Source: Octopus vulgaris (taxonomy: Eukaryota). Taken from it: 64,000 nucleotides of DNA. Numbering within the stretch: position 1 is the stretch's first letter; every line of letters begins with the position of its first letter. Positions 35,180 through 47,900 of this stretch are shown piece after piece. Below the pieces are notes generated by a model that had not been told where the DNA came from, did not search any database, and was given only the letters and a program-made list of their open reading frames with translations. Both the position numbers and the translations under genes were made by a program. The stretch is taken from positions 22,196,001-22,260,000 of the forward strand of contig OX597827.1 of the NCBI GenBank assembly GCA_951406725.2. The letters are read 5' to 3'.

Positions 35180-36020
35180 TATAATCAAATAATTACATAT
35201 CTCCCCCCGTTTTCGCTCCAGTGAGTGGAGTTGCAATTCTTTCAGTCTTTCCCACTCAACTCTCAAGGGCTTCCTTTATGCCATCTTCTTAATGTGGCAC
35301 TGGTGAATCGCTTTGTGTTCTGCTATTGACATTGTCGGGTGACCATAGTTGAGAGCAATAGTCTAGATTGGCTGAGGACAAATGTCCCTCATAGGGTCAG
35401 CAATAACTTCCTTGTCTCTTCTCCCCAAAATTCTCAGAATCCATCTGGCCATTAGCCTGCACATTGCCACCTTCTTGGTGATAACTACATGAAACAGAGC
35501 ATTTCTGCTCATACCAATTACCAAGTCCTGCACAGTTTGACACTAGAATTGTTGCTCCTTTTGGTCCAAAGTAGCTTTGTTGCAGCATGTTAGCACAGCT
35601 GGCTGACTGACAGCAGAGGGCTTGGAACTTTCCTGCATTAAATTGTATGGTTTTCTTCAGCCCATTTGCATATGGCTCCAAAATCTTTCTGTACAAGACT
35701 AGCATCAAGGAATCATGACTACTTCTGCCACATGTATCACTGGCACAACTAGTAAGAGTGGCTGCCTATATAACTGATGGCATGTCTGTGAGGGCCACCA
35801 CAAAGAACAGCAGTTCTAAGATAGCTCCCTGATATGCTCCACTCACTATTAATGTCTCCTTGGAGAGGACCCATTGGCTACTTCAGCCTGGCTTCTATCT
35901 CAATCTTTTGAGTAGTCATGTAACGACTATCTTAGTTTTACCACATCATCCTGTGATTAACCTTATCAAAGGTATTTACTACATTGAGGTGTATCAACAT
36001 CCACATCTGAGCGATTCATA
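35180..36020 (-). mobile_element. Degenerate CR1/Jockey-group LINE RT remnant
   Basis: IQFNAGKFQAL and LSQSRLLLST-like remnants; frameshifted. Confidence 0.55.
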
Positions 36021-36031
36021 AGTTATATATA

Positions 36032-36066
<35 letters not shown>

Positions 36067-38669
36067 TTATTGTGTGTATATATATATACGTACGTGTATG
36101 TATTTGTGTGTGTATAAACTATACATGTATGTATGTATTGACTCTTTGCCTTTCCCTGTTTTTATTTGCTGTGTTATCTCCACTGGATTCAGTAAGTACC
36201 ATTCTCTGTTGTCACCTGGCACCACTCGATCCCTTACCAGCACTTCTACGTATCTCACATCCTACATAGACTTCCAAGAACACATCCATCTCACTCCCTT
36301 GACCTAATCACACAACACACACACTTTCCACTTCTCACTTCACTAGATAACTGGTCGGACTATTTAAATGGTAATTTGACCTTCCGGAAGCACTAAAGTT
36401 CCCTTAACGTGCATTGATATACTAGATAATGTACCCTTACAAAAATATGGGATGGTTGGAACCCTTCTGATCAGCACCTTCATAATATTTGAATTTACAA
36501 TTTATGCAGACATAATTCAACTTTTCTAGTGAACAAACCCTTAGAGAAAACTCCCCACTTTTATGATTGTCTTCATCCTTAATGACCCCTGATTCTGCTT
36601 GCATTCAGATCCTCCAACAAAGGATCTGAAATAATGAGAAAGTAAATTTCACTAATTATTACTGACAGATCTTTCTTTATCTTATCTTCTTGTCCATTCC
36701 TCAGACCATGTCTGTGAGAATCAGCAAGTTGACCTCTTTCCATCTTGCATTGCTCTCTCTCTCTCTCTCTCCAGGGCACATTTTACCCGCTTCGCTATTC
36801 ACTGCTTAGCTTTAATGAGAAGAGAAACACTTGTCAGCCACCTACCTGCACTGCTTGCGCTGTACCATTTGGCATAAATTGAAGAAAAGACAAGATGGTC
36901 ATGGGTGGCTGGGATGGCTTTGATCAAAGGTTTCTTGGAACAGGACTGACCTGTGGCTAAGCACTCCGATAACTAACAGTTGTGATAAAATGGTGTTGAG
37001 AAAATTATGGACGTATGTCTCACCTATATATCTGTACTGACCTATGGCCATACTGGGCACCATTTACAGTCTGCTGTACCTTAGTACTTATTGTCTTCAG
37101 AAGGATGAAATGTGTCCATAGCTCCTTTTTAGGGTCCCCAAATCTGGAGGGTATTTAGAGATTGGGAACCTGGTTTATATATCTGAAAGCACCCAAGGGT
37201 GTCCAGGTGTTGTTGAGTGATAGATTAATTCTACCACCCCAAGAACAGGTACCAATCCAGCAGCCCCAAATTTCACAAAGTTCTAATCAATTCAAGCCTA
37301 TAGTTGATGATTCTTGCCCAAGGTGTTGTGCAGTGGGACTGAACTTGAAGCCTTCTAATTGTAAACAAACTTGTTAGCAACTCGGCTGGGCTTATCCTCC
37401 TCACCCACCATCCAATATATAAACCCTCTGCATCAGATGAGTTGCAGTTTGGGATAAAAAAAACCCCATTAAATTATGCTGTTGTTTAGTGCAAGCATAG
37501 TAGCAGTTGTGCTGACCTCTGATCATGCATTCCAGCCATGACCATCTAGACTTTTCTTCACACAATATACGTCCAAAACCACAACATATTATTTGAAGAT
37601 GGCATTGTGTGATTTGAGTGCTATTTCTAGCCAGTCAGGCACCTATTCAGAAGCTCCATTATTGGCTCTAAGTAAATCTACTAAAATGAGAAGTGGAATT
37701 TGTTTTTTACTTTTGAGGTGTTCCTTGCTTTTCTTGTATGTTTTGGCAATATTTAGTGTGGGTGGGGGTGATTTTGTCAAAGAGAAATGTGTTCTGTGAA
37801 TTTTGTTAATGTTTGGTAAGAAAAAAGTCAAAGTACATATTTAAAAATATATCTTAATAATCCCTGAGTTTGCTGGTTGTACACACACACTCACTAATGG
37901 CCTTTGCTGGGTGTTATGGATGGTCCGAGCAGCAACCTTTTAACTTGTAGCTCTGCTCATGATTGATCACCCTGATGTTGGTCCTTACAACTCTTCCACT
38001 GAAAACCAGATATAAGTGAGGTGCTGCCTGTTTGGATTGGTTTTTTTTTTTTTTTTGGTCCTCATTTTGTCTTCTCACCTGGGGAATTGCAGTTGTCTCA
38101 TGGCATTGTTCCAGACTTTTGCTATTAGCAACTCTTTCCCCATTTTTGAGATTAGACTCTTTGAAATCAGTTTTACTCTTCATACTGAATATACTCACCA
38201 AAGAGCAACTGTTTTGGACTCCTATAGTCTTCCATATGTTAAAAATGGTTTAGCTCTCATAATATACAAGATTACAAGTGTTTTCACTTCATATGAGAGA
38301 ATGACAAAAGTAAAATGTATTTAATTCGTTTTTTTTTTTTTCCTGCAGCAAAAGCTCAAAGCAGGATATATTAAAATATTTTACAGAAAAACTTCCCAAT
38401 TTTAGTTATTTTCTCTCAAAAACTTCTTTTAATGTGTATGCCTTAATAGGAGTTCTTTTTACACAGATCTAACACTTGTGTTTTGGCTGGGTTCTCAATG
38501 GCAGTATTTCTGCAATTGGCTCACTTTTGTAAGACAGAGAAGCAGGCAGGAAGTATTATTTTCCCTTATATTAAATAATCTCTCTGTTTCGACATTTCAG
38601 CAGTTTTTGTTATTTTATATGCCATCTAATTTTGTTATAAAGAGCATACTGGATGTTTTGGGCTTTCAG

Positions 38670-38733
38670 TCCACATAAACCCTTGGAAAAACTCCGAGGA
38701 TTGGAATACTCCAAAACGAGTACACAACTCTGA
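38670..38733 (+). CDS. NMNAT: Candidate NMNAT alternative last exon B (NPHKPLEKLRGLEYSKTSTQL*)
   Basis: gctttcag acceptor; open for 21 codons in phase 2; ends in T-Q-L. Confidence 0.45.
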
Positions 38734-39154
38734 TGAACAATATGTTCACTGGAGATGGAACTTGTTTAATGTAACCAGTTCTAATGATGCAACTGGCTGT
38801 CGACAGAAAAGCAAGTATATTGTTTTTCATTAATCACTTTCTTGTTCATAATAATATAAAGAAAAAAACCCTTGCTTCTCACCCTTGCAATAAGTAAATG
38901 GACAAACCATGCAAGAACATAAAATTGTGAACCCAGCCAGAAACAGTGGTGTTTATTGTTAGTTGTAACATATCCATATTATGGACATTGAAGTAAAAAA
39001 ACCCCCAAAAAGCTATGAAAATCGTGTGAGTGACTTACACATTAGTTTTACCCACACAAAAGCTTAACTGAAGAGAAAAGGGCTGAAAGTGGGAACTTTT
39101 ACTCAATATTTGAAATTATATATATGTGTGTGTGTATAATATATAAATGTTGGC

Positions 39155-41030
39155 ATAAATCTTTAGGTAAATATATTCAATAAGAATATTATATACTGAA
39201 TTTATATTGAGTGCTTGATTGTATAAAAATATTAATGCTATTAAAGTATTTATATATTTAATATGAGCGATATATACGTATATTTTTTAATAATATATTA
39301 TTATTATTAATATAAGGAAATCAATATTGAACTCATCATAAAGATATACCCTTGTGAAAGACCTTATTGTATTATAAATATATAAATAGATATAAAAATA
39401 TAATGTATAAGATAAATTTGATAGTTTAAAAGTTTTGAATTAATTATTTAAGCATCTTACAATCGTTTCGCAGAAGAGTTGTCCCTATAATGAATACAGC
39501 CACCAATAAATTGGTGGCTGTATTTGGCTTAAATGAGTGTATATGCGCTAAAAATCTTTGCTTAAAATTAACGGAACTACCTATATATACCTTACTTTGT
39601 GAATTATTAATTATTGTAATTCTACATTTGTATATTACATTAAATCTTCTACAATTGCCTTTTAAAGGACATATTTTTTAAAATTTTTACAGGAGCAATT
39701 CTTATTTTTATTATTGTATGTCGTATCTATTATTGTTGTGGTTATTTTCAGTGTGTGGTATTATTTGTTGTAGAATTAGGTATATTTATTGCTTTTAAAT
39801 TATTATTTTTATTATTATTATCTTGTGGTGTATTATCTAAGGCATTTTGTATACTTTCACTTGTATTGTATTTAGAATTTTGCTTGGGCATTTTTTATAT
39901 TATTATTATTATTATTATGTATTCCCGTATTATGAGTATTACATATACTCCGATTATTGGTTCTTATTTTATCATTACTATTATTATTTTTATCACTATT
40001 ATTACTATTGTTATTGTCATCATTATTATGGCTATTTTTATATTTGTTAATTTTTCTTTTATTAGAACTGGCTATAATAGATCCTAGGTTTGGTGTTGTA
40101 GAGAAAGATATTTTAATTGATGATCTATTAAATATATGATATTTACAATCCCTATAAATTTAACTATATTTAAAAACTTTTTTGCTAGTCCTTTAACATC
40201 TAATGTGAATGGAGGTGTGTACCAAATAATGTCTCTCTCTCCACTCCTATTAGGTACTTTATTACAATTATATATTGGTTTTGGGATTTGTATATTTTTC
40301 ATTGAGTATTTATTATTATTATTATTATTATATTTAGTTCTTTGCCTATCATTATTTTTTCTAAGTTTTTTATTGTATTGTGTAGAAGTTTCTTTATTAT
40401 TAATTGCATATTATTATAATGTTTAAGGTTATCTTGATTTCTTGTTTTAGTATCGTATGTATTTTCGTTTAATTCCATTTGTGCCACATAAGTTTTTAGT
40501 TTGGTATCCTTTATGTATTTAATATTTTGTTTGAATCTGCTAGCAACTAAAGCCTAATTGTAATAATTGGCATGATTATTAAAAATTTCTTCATTATAAG
40601 ATATACTATTTACAATGTTTTTAAGTAATGATCTATGATGATTAGAATTAATATTTATGTATTTAAGGTATTCATTCGGTTTGTGAAATGGAAAGTAGGT
40701 TGCATTATTAAGGTCTAAGGTAAAAAGTTTTGTTTTAGAAAAACTTTCTTCAAATGTAATAGATAAGCTGAAAATTTTATAAAATTTATGTAATTCCTCT
40801 TTCAGATCTACCGTTATAGACAAGGAGTGTGTCGTCTCTTTATAATCCTCCCATCAAAGATGGGAAGTAGTATTTAGTCTCATGTAATAAATACAATCCT
40901 ACCAGATCAATTTATTTATATATATTTTTAATACAATAAGGTCTTTCACACGTGTATATCTTTATGAAGAGTTCAATATTGATTTCCTTAAATTAATAAT
41001 AATAATATATTATTAAAAAATATATGTATA
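39155..41030 (-). mobile_element. Degenerate Penelope-like element (RT end plus GIY-YIG) with inverted terminal repeat and TSD
   Basis: TLDLNNATYFPFHKPN...ININSNH; IIWYTPPF...KKFLNI; NCSC...CPLKGNC...VIYKC...VYIGSSVNFKQRF. IR at about 39271-39388 / 40911-41032. Direct repeat TATATAAATGTTGGC at 39140-39154 and 41027-41041. Confidence 0.88.
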
Positions 41031-41245
41031 TAAATGTTGGCTAACAATTTGAGCTCTCTATGCAGTTACTCTACAACTTCATCTAATAATATTTTAAAGC
41101 TCACACTCTGTCTTTATCAATTTGTTTAATAAACATTTTCTTTTTTCTATTGATTCTATTTTTGTACAATAAATGGACTGATTTCACCTCTGTTGTAATC
41201 ACTGACTTGTTCTTCCTCCTCTCCTAATTGCTGTGTCTCTGTCAG

Positions 41246-41267
41246 ATCTGCTGACACAGAGTTGTGA
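41246..41267 (+). CDS. NMNAT: Candidate NMNAT alternative last exon C (KSADTEL*)
   Basis: Branch-like cctaat, pyrimidine tract and gtcag acceptor; phase 2; ends in T-E-L. Confidence 0.45.
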
Positions 41268-41920
41268 TGACAAAGGCTTCAGCTTACAACACCTAAAACC
41301 ACTCATCCTTACAAACTGACAGCTTCATTCTCTAAGTCTTATTTCTCATCCAAAACATGAAGTACAGCCTGCCAATCTTTTTCAGTCTCTTACAAAAAGC
41401 ATCTCCACCAATTCCACTGAATCTTCCTTCCTTCCATGTCTCAACCATACTGGTTGTGTCAGCAAGACTTCATCCATGCAGAAAGTCTCTCCATTTGCTG
41501 CGCACCTAATGTGTGTGTGTAAGGCTGTCTAGTTGAACATCTTCGTGGTTTAACCCGATAACATTTAAACCAGCCATATCAGACCCAGATGTTCTGTTTT
41601 ATAATCTAAGCAGCCAGATCCAACCCCTTACACCACAATGTCATTCTAAAAATAAGCAATCGCATCATCAAAATCTCAAAGATACGAGACAATGTGACTA
41701 AATAAGCCTTCATCGTCATTCAACGCCTGCTTTACATTTAACGAAGTAATCTGAAGCTTAATGGGTTTCGCAGTCACAGTCTGGCTAAGTGTTGAGCCAT
41801 TCTGCAGTGCACTAAGATTTTAAGACAATATTCATGTCTTGAGATATATTCATAGAAAGAAGTTAAGAGAAATTTAAGAAAATATCTTTAATGATACCGT
41901 ATCATCCAGCAGACTCTGTT

Positions 41921-41996
41921 TTAGGTTGATGGTGTTGGTAATTCCAGGGTTAGCAGTGACATTCCTGTACCACACACAGCTATAAAGATTCGCTTT
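41921..41996 (-). CDS. WDR6: WDR6 last coding exon ([25 protein letters not shown])
   Basis: ttgcag| acceptor, phase 2; VCGTGM~LGGQGL; TAA at 41921-41923. Confidence 0.9.
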
Positions 41997-44900
41997 CTGC
42001 AAATAGTAATTATAATTTATTACATAAATAATGATTTCTAATCAACAACAGTAATTGATATGTTGGTCTCCAAAATGGGGAATAATTAACGAGAGAAAAA
42101 TAAATGCCCCAAAACTTGGCAATCTTCACCTGAGTGACCTTTCCTCATGAAAGTGAAGAAATCCTCTTGCACAAATCAAACTGGCAGCTTTAGACAATTT
42201 ATCAGCATGGAGCCCCCCACCTTCTTCCTCCCAAAATTATTAAAGGAAAGTAGAAAATATATCACTTGAATCCTTTCTGCAGGATCAGCTGTGATCTGGA
42301 TTAATAACGAGACCGAACCTGTGTGAGAGAACAATAGTCTGAGAGGATTTAGGGTTTTTCCAATCATTTCTGACATTTAATGAGTTCTTGAAGGACACTT
42401 TTATTGTTCTCCCCACATCCTGTTAAAAGCTTAACTCAACTGTCAGTAGTGACAGATCACAAACTTTTGAAATCTTTAATTTGTGACCTGAAATTCCTCT
42501 GGAGAAGACATCATCATCTTCATCAAAGCATATAGCATCATCCAGGCCATTGTCATCATAATCACCAACAGACTTATGTCACATCAGTTGTTGTTTAACC
42601 CCAGGTCAGCCTCTGATCCAACAGACAGACAGACACCTAGTTTGTTGACAGTTGGTCAAATAGCTCAGTGTAAACTGTAGATCCATAACACCAGTTATAC
42701 CAGACAGGATAGAAATATTGCACATTGGAACAATGTCTGGTTGAAGTCTCTCCATCTACTTTTCTCAGGCCAGAGTTTACTACCAAAAAAGGTAGTTCTC
42801 CAAAAACGACTTTGGAGAACCAAAAATTCTGTGAAATGCAGCAGAATTTGGAACGATAGCAACAACGGTTGAATGCTTAAACCACATGCTTACATTATAT
42901 ACTGCTTTGACTTGTAGGTTGGAAAATATGGTTCTTGAATGTCTGAGATTACTGGCTCTAGTTAAGAAAACTTCCATCTAGTTGAGATGTCTTCATATAG
43001 TTGCATATCACCACGAAACTGAGGGTTGATTTATCATGAGGTATTCCCATCAAGTTGAGGTCAAAGCACCCACATAGAAGTGTATTGTTTATAAAGACTT
43101 GGTGGAGAGGAGAAATGCCAGCAGCCATGAACTGGTGGCTGGATGGCACTGAAAGCAAAGATCTGATCTGAATGTTTGTTACAGAATGGACTGATGGAGT
43201 TTATCACACAATAGTCCTCAGGGGTTTCTCTACAGCTATCAATCAAGGTTCATTCAGATGGCATTTGGTCCACCTTTGACTAGGAGACACTTGCAAAAAG
43301 TGTTGGTATGGAATCTAAAATCATATTATTTTGATGCTGTCAGTCACTGTTAAAGTTTCCCTAAAAAGGGTGATTACTTTTAGTGTGAAATGAAAACAAA
43401 ACAGAATAATTCAGTTAAAAAAAAACAAAAAAAAATGTAAAAGCTTACCTGTGTTGCCAGACGTCTATGTTAGAAAGGTCAGCGATTGTAACGAACTGAC
43501 TGATTACGTATTTAATCTGAAACAAGGAAATGGCATAAATAAAACAGAAAAACATTCATAAGAAATAAAAACAACAAAAAATGAAAGAGGCCTAAACATT
43601 TAAAACATTTTTTTACTGATTTCAGACAGTGGCCAGACTGGAGCATCACACATAAGGGTTTCAGGTATTAGACTGTTGTTGCATGAGGGCATCACATTGA
43701 AGGACTTTTAGCCAAGTCTCTCAACCCCAGTGCATTACTGGTACTTAGTTCACAGAACATACAAAGTGTAAAGCATACTTTGGTGTGAAGGGAAATAATT
43801 CAGTTGGCTTTTAATACTGCAAGGTATTTCTGTTTGAATGCACCAGATATCACCATGCACAAATATAAACATGGTGCAGGTACAGCTACTTGGTTAAGAT
43901 GTGCATTTTGCAAACATGACGTTTGGGTTCGGTCCCCATTGTACGCCTGAGTTTCTGTCTGCCAAAACAACTAACAACTTTAATCAGCTTGGGGCTAAAA
44001 TAGAAAAACACTTGCCCAAGGTGTCACACATTGAACCTGCAATCATGATTAGGAAGCAAGCTTGACAACCACACACCAATCGTGCAATATATATTTACAC
44101 ACACACAACCAATTGTTTTGAAGAGATCTGGATTAAAACAGAAAAAAAAAACAATCTAATTTGAAAACAGATAAGGGTTGGAGACAGCAAGAACATCCAG
44201 GCATAAATACTGCCTCAATAAGTCACTGTCCAAACCGATGGCAAGATGGAAAATGGAGCAAAAAGAAACCACGAAGGCAGCCAGTTACTGCTCTTGTCAG
44301 AGTAATCTCCCTTTTCCAAAGTAATCTCTTGAAAAAAAGGCAATGAAGAAGCCATTGTCATTCGTTAACCCTGCAAGGGAGAGTAGCCAAATCTCCCTCA
44401 AATCATGCCTTGCTACCTTAAAAAAATGAATGAGATTGGATAATGTAGTTTTACAGTGCTTGGGGAAAAGTAGGATGGTCACGTCTGGAACGTCTATATC
44501 TGGTGGACCAGTCCTGACATGTATCTATAGAAGAACAACCAACAAAAGTTCTCTCGTCTTACCTGAGCAATTTCCTCTCCAAACAGCAGCTGCCATACAC
44601 AGATGCGCTGATCAACGGACGAAGACACGAGGTAAGTGCTGTTTACAAACCAAACACCTGTAATTTGTGCAGCATGGGCACTGCAGTGGCTCACAGACCT
44701 TTCACAGACAATATCGGTTCTGTCTTCCATAAGGGTGATGGCAAATTTCATGACAAAGAGAGCATTGTCATCACCACCAGAAGCCAACAAGAAACTGGAA
44801 TCTGAAATAAAAGATAAACATTTCAGGTTCAATGCTTACCACTTTCCAGTTTATTTGATGGAAAGTACGGAAGAGGACAGAGCTACACGTGTATACTCAT

Positions 44901-47900
44901 AAACATTCATACATTGGTCAACCTGAAGAAAGCTCCACAGAGACCCTTGCTATGTGATCTGAGGAGACCAGGAGTAAAGACTGGCTTGTGAAAGCCATAG
45001 AAATTATAAACAGAGATACTGACAGTAAAGTGAGAGTAACAATGAACATAGTGTGCAGGGGGTTACCAGGGTTTGGTTCTCAGTCCCCTTCTATTCATCA
45101 CTGTTCTCCAGACTAGGAGAGTGTAAGACCATGTACTTGTAAGAACTGCTATAAGCTGATAACCTTATTGTCATAGCAGACTGTATAGTAGAATTAGAAA
45201 ATGAAAAAAGAAATTCTAGGGAGGGAAAGAAGAGACCTCAAAGTAAATTTAGCAAAGATAAAGACCAAAGTTTCAGGAAATAGGAAAACAGGACTTGGCT
45301 TCTATCATGGAAATGGCTTTGTTTGATATAGGGAAAAAAAAAGGGTTGGTAGAAATTCTATACAATTTACAAAGTGCAAACTATGAATACACCAGAGGGG
45401 CAGTGGAATCCCAGGAAGATTAACAGAGAAAGTAGACTTTTTATAGAGAAGATGTGCAGGAGCAATAAACAAGAACAGTGCATCGAAAATTGATTTTCTC
45501 CAATGTATATGAGGATCCCTAGACATAAGAGATAGTGTCTGTTACCTGGATGAGCTAATTAGCAATGAAGGAGATTGTTCTGAATTTATAGTTACTAAAG
45601 AACAGGATGGAGAAAGTTCAGAGAGTTTTTAGCTCGGTTGGTGACAAAAGATCTCTCTGTCTGAGTTAAAAGCAGATTGTATGAGGCTTGTGTGCAAACA
45701 GCAATGCTGTTATATTGTGGTGAAATGTGGGCCCTGAATGCAGAAGACTTATGAAGACTAGAAAGAAATGAAGCCAGCATGTTTTAATGTTGCGTATCAC
45801 TGATTTTCAATGTCAGAGAGAAAACTGTGTTGGTTTGTGCAGTTGATGGGTCACTCCATCGTCCAGTCCTTAGTTTCATGGATGGGAAATTGTTTGGGTT
45901 TTATACATGAAAGCCTGAACAATCACACTGAGCACACACATGCAGACAGTCTAAAGGTATTTATAAGAGTAAATGTTACCTTGCTGTTGTAACAGATGTA
46001 AGCTGTTGACACCCGATTGATGGGCAGACGTTTTGTAGATAAGACAATCATCATCAGCATCATCATCAATACTATTACAATGAGCCTCCTCTTCCTCATC
46101 ATCAATATCACCACCACCATCCTCGTTGCATTGAGAGAAACCAGATGAAGCATTTCCCATCAATGTTTGTGTCTGCCTGTCCAGTGGGTCACTGTCTTCT
46201 TCGATTGTGCGGATTGAGGAGGATTTGAAACAATGTTCTGAGGTGTTGGAGTTCACAGAAGTTTGAGCAAAATCTCGTGAAGGATGGGAACAGTGGGGTT
46301 GGTTGAGGAGCTGATGAAGGTGACCCTTGCAGATTGCAGTGATGTCCCAGAAGGCAAGGTGACCATCTGTTGCAGCTGAAACAAGGACTACAAGGGTCCT
46401 GTTGGCACCAGGCACACCACTGGTACTGCACTCATACAGAATATGAGACACTTGCAGAACACAGCTGCCACCATGGCACTGCTGCTGCCAAACCGAGTGC
46501 AGTTGGCTGCTGTTTCTGTTGTTCTTGTTGCTGCCATTTCTGTTGTGTTGTCGCTCGTCAAAGCAGAAAAGTCTGCAACAGTAAACAAAATGAAAGAATT
46601 AGTGGACAGGATCCGAATGTCCGTGGCTGGATTACAGTGATTCACAAGCCATAAAACATCATTTATTACCAGTTTCACAATGGGAGTGGGATGAGAGATA
46701 CATTTCCTAGGGGAGAGAATGTTAGCCTGTTCCAGTAACAGTTTCCACTGCTGTGTCAAAATGTATATGAGCATGTATGTGTGTCAGTGTATAGATGTAC
46801 ACATGTGATTGTGTATAGATGCATGTGTGTGTCAGTAAGTATATATATATATGCATGTCTGTAGCTATAGATGTGTGGATGTATGTATATATATATATAT
46901 ATACACACACACAAAATGGCTGATTGTTATAAGAAAGGAGTCGGTGACATGTAAAAGCACCAACTGATTGTGGCCGTTTGCCAACCTCTTCTGGCCCCTG
47001 TGCCGGTGGCATGTAAAAAGCACCCACTACACTCTTGGAGTGGTTGGTGTTAGGAAGGGCATCCAGCTGTAGAAACACTGCCTGATGCAGCCTCCTGGCT
47101 TCCCAGACCCCGGTCAAACCATCCAATCCATGCTAGCATGGAAAACGGATGTTAAACGATGATGATGATGATATAATGTAACCAGCCCATTTATGCATAC
47201 TTTTCTTTCATTGGACACTAAACTCTGCTTGCAAAAACCCATTGAGGAAAGTGAAATCGAAATCAAATTTGCTGATGTGGCCAATGACAGCACCGCCTGA
47301 CTGGTATCTGTGCTAGTGGAACGTTAAGAGCACCATCCAAGAGCTATTGTTGCCAGCAGACTGGCTCCCATGCTGGTGGCACATAAAAAGCATCGTTAAA
47401 GCATGATCGTTATTAGCATCACCATACTGGCACTTGTGCTGGTGACACATGAAAAACAACATTTGAGTGAGGTCGTTGCCAGTGCCACTGGACTGGCTCC
47501 TGTGCAGGTGGCATGTAAAAACACCATTCAAGCATGGCTGTTGCCAGTACCGCCTGACTGGCTCTCATGCCAGTGGCACATAAAAAGCACCTACTACACT
47601 CTTGGAGTGGTTGGCGTTAGGAAGGGCATCCAGCTGTAGAAACTCTGCCAGATCAGATTGGAGCCTGGTGCAGCCATCTGGCTTGCCAATACTCAGTCAA
47701 ACCATCCAAACCATGTCAGCATGGAAAATGGATGTTAAACGATGATGATGATGATATATATATATATACATGTTTGTGTAAATGTGCATGTACACAGACA
47801 TGCAGGAAGTAAATAGACACCTTTAATTTTCAGCGGTATAGAATTTACAAAGTAATTATTCTTTTTCATTCCAGGTGCCATTATATTAAACATTTGCGAA

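Noticed and set aside
39755-40426. Hydrophobic membrane-protein-like ORFs on the plus strand
   Set aside because: Antisense reading of an AT-rich, Asn-rich Penelope region.
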